From Octopus vulgaris (lineage: Eukaryota): 64,000 nt of DNA. Numbering within the stretch: the stretch's first letter is position 1; each line of letters starts with the position of its first letter. Position numbers and translations under genes: made by a program. This document shows positions 53,114 to 64,000 of this stretch, one piece after another. The notes beneath the pieces are model-generated. The model made no database searches, was not told the DNA's origin, and was given only the letters and a program-made list of their open reading frames with translations. The DNA lies in the NCBI GenBank assembly GCA_951406725.2, contig OX597829.1:49786001-49850000 (forward strand). Direction: 5' to 3'.

Positions 53114-56100
53114 CTAAGGCCCGTTAGGAATTACAAACCTGCACAACAGAAAACTTGCCTTCTGGAACATGATAAAAAATTCCAACAAAGCAGATATATA
53201 CGAGGGATGGATGAACTCAACACCAATTATCCTCCCACGCAAATTCCAGATAAAATTAATTCCTAACGAGCCTGACGGACAGAGAACTATTAGAGAAAAG
53301 TCAGCTCTGTTCAATTTAAGATCAGAAATAGAGCTTCTAAGACTAAGGGCCTCCACAAATGAGGAAAAATTTAAAAGCATCAACGAGGAGATGCACGATA
53401 TAATACAAAAACATACCGAGGGACAACCCCTCGAAAATACATTAGATCATTGGAAGGATACCTGTGAAAAAGAAGAGAGAAATTCTCTCCTGTGCTGGGA
53501 GAAAAACATGGATTTCTTCCAAAAATATAGTTCAACTTTCAAAAATGAATTGGGTACAAATAATCCCTTCCTTAAGAAAATTACAAAAAATAAAAAAGAA
53601 AAACCAAACAACCCACGAACAACCCCCAACTATCCTCCATACACTAAAAACAGAAATCACCCACAACCAACCTTTGCAAACCACGCAAGACCTAACAGGG
53701 AACTAGCTGACAGACGACGCGTCTATGAAATAAATTACACCAAAAACAGAACACACCAACAACATCCTAATACCAGACCCAACCACCATACAGCACAAAA
53801 CGACACTAGAATAAGAAATACACCACACACAAGTCGCTACTACCCCATGAACCAAAATTACTGGTCCCCACTGAACACAAGACAAACGCAAAAAAACACT
53901 ATGTCAAGCAACATCCCTCATACAGGCAGTTCGAAACAAAAATATTTCACATACAGAAATTTTACACACAAATAGATTCCCACACACACACAACGATCAG
54001 GGGCAACAATACCACTATTCCCACGACCCAATATCACACAACCTCACAGACAACTCATACAAAGAAAATCACGCCCAACATTTTTTAGCCAGGGACCAGA
54101 GACACCAGGACACAGGCTGGAACCTAGTAATAAGGAAAAACCGAAGATAATCAATCTTTCAACCAAACCTCTTTCTAACATAAAAAGTGACATCCTCTCA
54201 AAAGGGCTCAAATTTACACCAACTCCACGCAGAGCTAACCTAAATGAAATCAAGGATAATATAACAGAATTTTGCAGAAAATTAAGACTAGCAGAAGCAT
54301 CAATCTAGTTTCAATACTGAAGATGAATCACTAGTCAAGAACAAAAGTGAACACATCCCACACAGAGGAAGAAATAAAGATCTTGACGAATTCTGTGACC
54401 ACATTGAGAACTTCCCCTACCATACTATACATAAACAGAAAGCTAACCCAAATTTTAACACTACACAATGGAAAGAACTGATAGAACTTCAAAATGATGA
54501 AGATATAACCATTAAGGAAGCAGACAAGGGAAATGCAGTTGTAATAATGGATACATCATACTACAGAAATCTTGTAATTTCCTTGCTTGATGACGACCTA
54601 CATTATGAAAAAATTACCAACTACACCCCACAAAAAATAATGAAAACTCTATCTTCACTAATTAAAACCCATGAAAAGGAACTAACAACCAAAGAGATTG
54701 ACTTTCTAACAAACTTTAAATGCAAACCTAGCCTTTTCTATGGTCTGCCAAAAATTCATAAAAGTCAAATTATAAATGAAACCATTAAAAAATCACCAAA
54801 GACATACATACACACACCTAACCCGGGGGACCTAAAACTACGACCCATTGTAATTGGCCCAACCTGTGAAACACACAGACTAAGTCTATTTATGGACATC
54901 CTCCTGAAACCCTTCCTTAAACATATCGATAGCCATATCAGAGATGACTTGGATATGTTAAACCACCTTCCAAAAAAAGCCAAGGAAGAAACAATCCTGG
55001 TTTCATTTGATGTAGTTAACTTATATACCAGTATACCTCATAATTATGGACTAGAGGCAATACAGTTCTGGCTGGACCAATTTCCAGAAGAAATACCAAA
55101 AAGGATCAGTAAAGAATTCATTACTAAATCAATTGAATTCATCCTACACAATAACCACTTCATGTTTGACAATACATTTTACTGTCAAAAATCCGAATTG
55201 CTATGGGTACAAGGGCAGCACCAGTCATTGCGAACCTAACAAAGGGCTACATGGAAATAATCATTTACCAGGAATCTTTATCAATCTTTGGAAACCCCCT
55301 TTCTCAATACATAAAAGAGAATTGGAAACGATTCTTAGACGATTGTTTTATACTCTGGAATGAAAACACAGATAAACTCCTAAAATTTAAAAACCTATTG
55401 AACAGCATAAACCCAAATATACAGTTCACAATGGAATACAACCAAAAGGAGCTCCCGTTCTTGGATATACTAATTAAAAAAATTAACCTTATAATAGAAA
55501 CAGACATTTTTTACAAAGCCACAGACGCCAAACAATACCTTCTTTTTAATTCATGCCACCCAAGACACACTAAAACAAACATCCCCTTCAACCTTGCAAG
55601 AAGGATATGCACAATAGTGTCAGAACAAAATACCAGGAACTTTAGACTGCAAGAACTCAAAAACACCCTAATTGACAGACATTACCCAGCTCAACTCATA
55701 GAGGATGGGATCAGACATGCAACAGAAATCAACATAGAAACTTTAAGAAAAGTTCAACACAACAACACACCTTCCCCGAAAATACTACCTTACATATCTA
55801 CATACAACCCCAGAAACAAAGAAGCCTTCACCATCATCACCCAGAATTTACCAATACTTCATAAGGACCCCAAATTAAAGGAAATTCTAAACATACACCA
55901 AATCATTAAAAGCTACAAACAACCTAAATCACTTAAAAAGATTCTCACAAAGGCAAAATTGTCTTCTGATATTACGGATGCAAAAGTAAAAAAATGTGGT
56001 AGATCGAACTGTGCAACATGTCCAAACCTGCTAGAAGGATCAGAATTCCTCTTTAAAGAGGGACAGAAATTCAAGATCAAATCTAACTTTACTTGTGCCT

Positions 56101-56720
56101 CTGAAAACATAATTTATGTCATAAAATGCTCGGGCTGCCACCAAGACTACGTGGGATCCACGGGACTATCACTCAGACGTAGATGCACACTGCATCGACA
56201 ACAGATTGCATTCCCAGAATACAGAATGATACCTTTTAGTGAGCACATTGAGAAATGTGCAAAGCAACTACTACCACAACTTTTAATCTTTCCATTTTAC
56301 CAATGTGCTATCGAATCATCAACACAAATTAGACTAAACAAGGAAACATTCTTCATTGAAAAGTACAAGCCCAGACTTAACCATCCCAACATACTGGTAC
56401 AGAGAAATTCACAGCAAGGGAAAGGAAAAATTTTTTAAGCGATTATCTCCCTTACACCGGAAGAAATCACTCATTACCTCCCCTTATTTAGAACTCTTTT
56501 GAACATAAACATAACGATAACCCTATTCAACATAAACATAATGTCGCAAGAAATTTGAAAAGCTAAACGCAAAACCGGTCTTTCTTCTAAATTATGTCAT
56601 TATAAGAGAAAAAAATTTTTTTAATATTCTTCAAAAATTTTTTTAATATTCTTCAGACATATTGACGCAAATATATATTTTTTAACATTTAAGCCTTCTG
56701 TAGTTTTTTCACTTTTTACT
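53114..56720 (+). pseudogene. Penelope-like element (Neptune-type): N-terminal/ORF1 region, RT and GIY-YIG endonuclease, frameshifted
   Basis: INLS..LSKGLKFTPTP, KEADKGNAVV, FYGLPKIHK, LRPIV, SFDVVNLYT, AMGT..AP, RFLDD, LPFLD, CxxxxCxxC linker, IIYVIKC..C...YVGST; stop at 56438. Confidence 0.93.
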
Positions 56721-56739
56721 ATTTTATATATATATCCCA

Positions 56740-59700
56740 TCTTTTTCCCATCTTTCAGTCATTGGCGGTGCGCCCACACCCCCACCCCCACCACCAATAC
56801 CGTTGAACACTGTTCTCACCCCCACCACCAATACCGTTGAACACTGTTCTCACCCCCCCACCACCAATACCAGTATACCCCGTTCTCTCCATCTACACCG
56901 GATACACCTTACTCATCTACACTGGGTACGCCCTACTCCATCCTCCTCCTCCCACTACCACTTCTCCTCATATGCTTAAGACAAGCTGCTAGCGCCATAG
57001 CTCATCAACTGCCCACCGATCTTACGCTTCCTCCTGACACTGCCTCAATCCGACCATCCCCTTTTAGTACCCTCCCGCCTCGTCAATCCGACCATCCCCT
57101 TTAGTACCCTCCCGCCTCGTAATATCCTACGTTTTTATTTCTTAGGAACCTACACCAACCCTTCCTGCCATCGTTCCTCCTTACCCCAACCTTCCCCACT
57201 GGTTGCTCCCCTATATTACCCGCCTCAACTGGACCTCCCCAACTCAACTCTAGAATATCTGTATTTCTTTCCTCTACCTAATTACGTTACTCAGAGACGA
57301 TAACAAATGTCCACTGCTAACACCAGCTCCTGCCCACGGCGTGGTCAGGTTGGAAGAGAGATCAAAAGAAAAATACCACGAAAACTATCACCACCACTAC
57401 AACCCTCCTCTTCTCAGGCGCCGAATCCCCCTGTCCCCCCCACATCTCCTTCCCAGTTTTCAGAGTTGGCACTATCAATGTTGGTACATTGACAGGCAAG
57501 TCTAGTGAGATTGTAGAGATGCTAGAGAGAAGACAGGTTGATGTATGCTGCATACAAGAGGTAAGATGGAGAGATGCTTCGGCTAGGGTCCTCACGGGCA
57601 AGGCACTTAGATACAAACTCTACTGGCAAGGTAACGCGGAAGGTGTAGGGGGTGTAGGCATTCTCCTTGCGGAGGAATGGGTGGATAAGGTCATAGAGGT
57701 TGTCAGGGTTTGTGATAGAGTGCTTAAGCTCAGGTTGGTCCTACAGAGTGGCACAGCTATGATTATCTCAGCCTATGCCCCACAAGCGGGACTACCAAAT
57801 GATCAGAAGGACAACTTTTATGATACCCTTCTGCAGGCTACTTCAAAGACTAGTAACAAGGACCTCATCTTTGTAGGTGGAGATTTTAACGGGCATGTTG
57901 GGCGGGAATCGGGTATCTTCACTGGGGTACATGGTGGATATGGTATTGGCACCAGAAACGATGAGGGAACTAGACTACTGGAATTCTGTGATGCATGTAA
58001 CCTTTCAATCTGCAACACTAACTTCAAGAAGCCAGTCTGCCACCTTATAACTTATCAGTCAGGAGACTCCGCTAGCCAAATAGACTTCATCCTCACCAGA
58101 CAACGGGATGCAGGGTTGCTCTTGAATACAAAGACCCTCCCGGGTGAAGAATGTATCCCTCAGCATAGACTAATCATCAGTGACTTTAAGCTTGAGGCCA
58201 GAAGGACTCCAAGAAACAAACCAATCCAGAAAAGAAGGATTTGGAGGCTAAAGAACCCTTCGCATGGTCAGAAATTTAGGGACATACTCATCAAGAAATT
58301 TGATGAGAGGGAAGAGGAGCTTCAGATGTCAGACATAGAAGGTAGCTGGGAATTCCTACGGGACAGCTTGTTGAGTGCCACAGACCAAGTTTGTGGATGG
58401 TGCAAAGTCCCTTCCAGACCTAGAATTACGTGGTGGTGGAATAGTGCAGTAGATAAAGCCATCTGTGAAAAGAGACGGGCCTGGAAAGCCTGGAAGGAGG
58501 GGGCAGCAGGGAACTGTACCAGATAGCCAAAAGGGAGGCTGGGCGGCAGGTATACATTGCCAAAGATGTAGCAGAAAAGAAGAAGTTTGCCAATGTCCAG
58601 CGTCGCGAGGATCAAAGAGCTGAAGTATTTCGGATTGCCAGACAGTGTGTCAGAGAAAATAGCGATGTTATAGGAGAGAAATGTGTCCGCATGGATGATG
58701 GGGCACTTGCTTTTACTACTAGTGAAAAGAAAGAGGCTTGGAGAAGCCATTATGAAAGACTGCTAAATGAGGAGAATGAATGGGAGGAGGAGAGCCTGCC
58801 AAATGTTGACCCAGTAGAGGGACCAGCTACCCGAATAGACAGCTCCCTTGTAGATAAGGCAATTAAGGATATGAAACCAGGCAAAGCCCCTGGCCTATCA
58901 GGAATCACTGCTGAGATGCTTAAAACAGCTGGCTATGTGGGCCATGCCATAGTCACCCGCATTGTAAACCAGGTAGTTCACAATGGAGCCATACCCAATG
59001 ACTGGTGCAGCAGTACCATAGTCAACTGCTACAAGGGTAAGGGTGATGCTCTAGATAGAAATAACTACAGAGGTATCAAACTGTTGGACCAGGTGATGAA
59101 GGTCTCAGAGAAGGTCATAACCAATCTCATTAGGGAGAGAATTTGTTTAGATGAAATGCAGTTCGGTTTTGTACCAGGTAGAAGCACCACTGATGCTATA
59201 TTCCTGGTCCGACAACTGCAGGAGAAGTACCTAGCTAAAGATAAACCCCTCTACATAGCTTTTGTAGACTTGGAGAAAGCCTTTGACAGGGTTCCCCGTT
59301 CCCTTATCTGGTGGTCGATGCGGAAACTGGAGATTGAAGAATGGCTAATAAGGGCTGTACAGGCTCTATACAGAGAGGCTGTTAGCAAGGTTAGGATTGG
59401 CAACGAATATAGTGAAGAATTCCGAGTAGAAGTAGGTGTGCACCAGGGCTCAGCCCTCAGTCCCCTTTTGTTCATCATAGTACTTCAAGCAATAACAGAG
59501 GAATTCAAAACGGGATGCCCCTGGGAGCTCCTCTATGCCGATGACCTAGCTCTCATAGCAGAATCACTACCGGAACTAGAAGAGAAATTTCGGGTATGGA
59601 AGCAAGGGTTGGAATCAAAGGGCCTTAGAATAAATGTAGCAAAGACCAAAGTATTAGTAAGCAGCAAGAGGTACTCAACACACATCCCCTCGGGTAGGTG

Positions 59701-60888
59701 GCCCTGCTCAACCTGTAGGAAAGGTACAGGTAGAAACTCCATAAGATGCACCCAATGTAAGTTATGGACACATAAGAGGTGCAGCAACATTAAAGGGAAA
59801 TTAACAGATAAGATAGCTTTCATGTGCGGCAGATGCACAGGGACAATAGACACAACAGACACTCAGAAAACAGATTCCATCACACTCCAGGGAGAGAAAC
59901 TAGAAGTAGTTGATAGTTTCCGCTACCTGGGAGACCAAGTTAGTAGCGGAGGTGGATGCACAGAGAGTATCACCACTAGAATACGAATAGCCTGGGCAAA
60001 GTTCAGAAAGCTCCTACCCCTACTGGCAACAAAAGGCCTCTCCCTCAGAGCAAAAGGTAGATTATATGATGCATGTGTGCGAACTGCCATGCTTCACGGT
60101 AATGAAACATGGGCTGTGACTGCAGAAGACATGCGTAGACTTGAAAGAAATGAAGCTAGCATGATCCGCTGGATGTGTAGTGTCAGTGTGCACGCAAAAC
60201 AGAGTGTAAGTATCCTGAGAGAAATGCTGGATATAAGAAGCATCAGATGTGGTGTGCAAGAGCGACGCTTGCGATGGTATGGTCATGTGCTGCGGATGGA
60301 TGAAGAGAGATGTGTGAAGAAGTGCCACTCCCAAACAGTTGAAGGTATCAGGGGGAGAGGTAGACCCAGGAAGACATGGGATGAGGTGGTCAAGCATGAC
60401 CTCAGAGCATTGGGCCTCACTGAGGCAATGGCGAAGGACCGAGATCTCTGGAGATATGCTGTGACTACAAAGACCCGGGCTGCTTTCTGCAGCAATTCCA
60501 CATACCCCCTACCCATTCTAAGTACCCCCCTACCCATTCTAAGTACCCCGGATCCCCAAAGTACCCCGGATCCCCAAAGTACCCTGGATCCCCAAAATAC
60601 CCCAATCCCCAAAGTACCCCGGACCTCGTTGCCCCCGTGCCGCTGACACGTTAAAATGCTCGAATCCGATCGTGACGATGCCGGACCCTCCGGCCCCTGT
60701 GCAGGTGGCACGTAAAAAGCACCCAATCCACTCACGGAGTGGTTGGCGTTAGGAAGGGCATCCAGCCGTAGAAACTCTGCCAGATTCAGACTGGAGCCTG
60801 GAGCGGCCCCTGGCTTCCCAGACCCGGTCAAACCGTCCAACCCGTGCTAGCGCGGAAAGCGGACGTTAAACGATGATGATGATGATGA

Positions 60889-60891
<3 letters not shown>
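56740..60891 (+). mobile_element. RTE-like LINE, essentially full length; APE + RT ORF ~57450-60646 with one frameshift near 58500
   Basis: GTINVGTL, CIQEVRW, SAYAP, GGDFNGH, SQIDFIL; NYRGIKLL, QFGF, DLEKAFD, GVHQGSALSP, YADD, FRYLG; (GAT)n tail; both flanks (TA)n. Confidence 0.95.
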
Positions 60892-60930
<39 letters not shown>

Positions 60931-60933
<3 letters not shown>

Positions 60934-61923
60934 AATAAAAGAACATGTGCATATATATAAACATATATGTACGTACCTACCTCTACATGTACATATACAC
61001 GCATATATGTGTACAGGACACCAAAAGACGTCGAACACATAGAGAGACGAAAAACAAGACACAAACCAAGGAACAGGACAAGAAAAAAAGGAAGTACAGG
61101 ACAATGAGCACAACGAAAAAACCCCTTCTTCAGTCGCTAAGGTTTCATCTACTCTACGTTTCGAAGGATAAAAGCGAGACGTATCTTCGAAGAAACTTCC
61201 TTCCTGCGAAAAGCAAATCAATTAAAATTCTGAGATCTTTTCGCAGAGGGGTAAAAAATGGTAAAAAACGCAAGACGGTAACGACAGTACAAACATATAA
61301 ACAGTAAAAAAATATATATAAACAGTGGAAAAATAAATATATAACAGTAAAAGACAGGACAAGGAGAACAAGATAAGAAGGGCTATTTACGCCAGACGAA
61401 AAAAGTATTGCAAACGCTGGATTATAGTGGACGACGAGAGAGCAGGAATGTCGACCAGTGGCCTTAGAAGGCGGGCGAGAAAAGACAGGATAGCAGTTAC
61501 GACGGAAGTATCGTCGCAGATGGACGACGGGAATGGGGGAGGAGGAGCAAGAGGAAGGGAGAGAAGAAGGGGAATGGTGCGAGGAGACCATGAAGAATGG
61601 TGAGGGGGAGAGAGAGAATGAAGAATGAGAGAGAGAGGAAGAGACAAGTTAAGTGAGGGAAAAAAGACGAAAAAAGGAATGGAATAGAAAGAAAGAAAGA
61701 TGCAGAGTCGCGTGAGAGTTAATATCAAGGCTAACTTGATAAACAGAACAATCTTACTTAAGAGGGTGCGTGCGTTTAGTCGTATAATATATTAATAAAA
61801 GAACATATGCATATATATAAACATATATGTACGTACCTACCTCTACATGTACATATACACGCATATATGAGTACAGGACACCAAAGGGACGTCGAACACA
61901 TAGAGAGACGAAAAACAAGACAC

Positions 61924-61925
<2 letters not shown>
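60931..61925. repeat. Probable PLE terminal region with ~130-bp direct repeat (60931-61062 / 61792-61922)
   Basis: TTAATAAAAGAACAT...GACGAAAAACAAGACACA is duplicated; non-coding. Confidence 0.6.
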
Positions 61926-61955
<30 letters not shown>

Positions 61956-62093
61956 GTATATATATATATATGTATGTATATGTATATATAAAGTTAATCC
62001 AAACATGAAAACACAAAGAGAAAACACAACAATGCGAGGACGTGGAACAAATATAGTATTATTGGACGCTCAGGAAGGATGGGAAGAAGGAGG

Positions 62094-62128
62094 GTTTACC
62101 GTTTCGAGCGGAGCTCTTCGTCGGAAAC
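62094..62128 (-). ncRNA. Minimal hammerhead motif, U4C core, cleavage site mutated
   Basis: GTTT-CCGACGA-A-GAGC-TCC-GCTC-GAAA-CG-GT-AAAC. Confidence 0.55.
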
Positions 62129-62144
62129 ATAGAAGGAAAGATCC

Positions 62145-62180
<36 letters not shown>

Positions 62181-62184
<4 letters not shown>

Positions 62185-62554
62185 GCACATAAAAAGCACC
62201 ATCCGAACGTGGCCGATGCCAGCGTCGCCTCGACTGGCTTCTGTGCTGGTGGCACATAAAAAGCACCATCCGAACGTGGCCAATGCCAGCGCCGCTTTGA
62301 CTGGCTTCCATCCCGGTGGCACATTAAAAGCACCAACCGATCATGGCCGATGCCAGACTACCCTGGCACCTGTGCCGGTGGCACGTAAAAAGCACCCACT
62401 ACACTCGCGGAGTGGTTGGCATTAGGAAGGGCTGTAGAAACACTACCAGATCAGACTGGAGCCTGGTGCAGCCCCTGGCTTCCCAGACCCCGGTCGAATC
62501 GTCCAACCTGTGCTGGCGCGGAAAACGGACGTTAAACGATGATGATGATGATGA
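62181..62554 (+). mobile_element. RTE-family 3' UTR fragment with (GAT)n tail
   Basis: Matches 30768-31113; further scraps at ~62915-63080 and ~63435-63497. Confidence 0.85.
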
Positions 62555-62807
62555 TTCACTTCATCATTTAAATTTAATTTGCCAAAATATTTTCGTCGCA
62601 TTGAGACCATGACCTGTTTACTGACAAAATTCTGTGCTGGATCTCAAAGCAACAAAAATATTTTGGCAAATTAAATTTAAATGTTGAAGTGAATCTAATG
62701 GTTTTTGTGTTTTTTCAAATGGCTTATAAACAGCTTCCACACTGCAATTGTTTTCATTCCAGCACATGATCTAAGATCAGGTCACTTGCTATGCAAGTAC
62801 ATCTCCA

Positions 62808-62812
<5 letters not shown>
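62555..62812. repeat. Fold-back copy of the 6598-6800 repeat family
   Basis: 62555-62640 is direct and 62648-62812 inverted relative to the 6.6-6.8 kb copy. Confidence 0.75.
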
Positions 62813-62846
<34 letters not shown>

Positions 62847-63273
62847 TTTATTTAAAAGCAGCAGAAATATAACAAAAGCTGTTACTCAGAGTTTCACTGT
62901 CCAACTGTAAAAACCAGCCACTACACTCTCAGAGTGGTTGGCGTTAGGAAGGACACCCAGCTGTTGAAACATTGCCAGATCAGACTGGAGTGTGGTGCAG
63001 CCTTCTGGCTTGCCAACCCTTAGTCAAACCATCCAAACCATGCCAGCATGGAAAGCGGACGTTAAACGACAATGATGATATATACATATATATATACACA
63101 CACATTTATGAATATTTTGGCAGAAGTAATAGGGGAAAGAATTTCATCTGTCAGTACTTATCAAATTAGCTACAAAACAACAGGTTATATACAGTGATAA
63201 CTGTATATACACTTGAAACTCTCTGCCCTTGAGTCACTCTGTTACTTCTGCCAATATTGATAATGCATATATA

Positions 63274-63315
<42 letters not shown>

Positions 63316-63432
63316 CATGTTGTGAGTTTTATTTTCCCTGTTTGTATTGCCAAACCTGTACATGCATTATATAATTATTAATATATGTAGATATGTGTGT
63401 GTGTGTATGAATGCTTGTATATAAATATATAT

Positions 63433-63467
<35 letters not shown>

Positions 63468-64000
63468 TTAACATCTGCCTTCCATACCAGCACGGGTGTA
63501 TCAATATATGTGTGTGTGTGTATAGATAGATAGATAGATAGATAGGTACATACATGCATACATACATATGTATATATGTGTATATGTACATACATACACA
63601 CAGACTTATACACACATACACACACATTACATGAATATTCATGTGTATATATATATATATATATAATTATTAAAGAGAAAAACCTATGCTTCATTTCTTA
63701 TTTCATTTCATCTGTTGTAAATAAATATAAATGGAAACGGACAGTGGAAAATAGATTACGGAAATTATATTGCGAGATTAAAGTAACGAAAAACCATGCG
63801 AACACATGAATTTAACAATGTAAAAACTCTTCTATCTGTTGTCTAACAAATTTGTCAATTTTGTCAGAATGTCAGAATTTATAAAGATCATCACAGTGAA
63901 AATATTTAAACACAGACTAAAATAATATTGAAGAAGAAAAAAATATTTTGTAACTTCCTTTAGTTTGAAGTTTGGTAACATTTTAATAACATTAAATGGA

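Noticed and set aside
61120-61200. HHR-like fragments (CTGAAGA, GAAACGTA) on the minus strand
   Set aside because: Stems I and II do not pair consistently

Overview
Repeat-dense eukaryotic DNA, most likely from an octopus genome (inferred from the SINE families and extreme (AT)n/(GT)n/(TAGA)n/(ATGT)n microsatellite density). No intact host protein-coding gene is supportable, and most listed ORFs are microsatellite artefacts. The window is a layered transposon landscape: two near-full-length RTE-clade LINEs (one with a C4HC3 PHD-like finger inside its RT ORF), CR1/L2-like LINE fragments, a near-complete Neptune-type Penelope-like element (PLE) with a candidate -1 frameshift site, a truncated PLE with an 825-bp inverted terminal duplication, a young non-autonomous LTR element with a tRNA-Trp PBS, a mariner pseudogene, a Helitron, several MITEs and four SINE families. 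The most notable signal is a set of about ten minimal hammerhead ribozyme (HHR) motifs in PLE-like termini, often in fold-back arrangements. Their cores include canonical C3-G8 and the covariant G3-C8 and U3-A8 pairs, plus long stem-II insertions. All folds and alignments were done by eye and need computational and biochemical confirmation.
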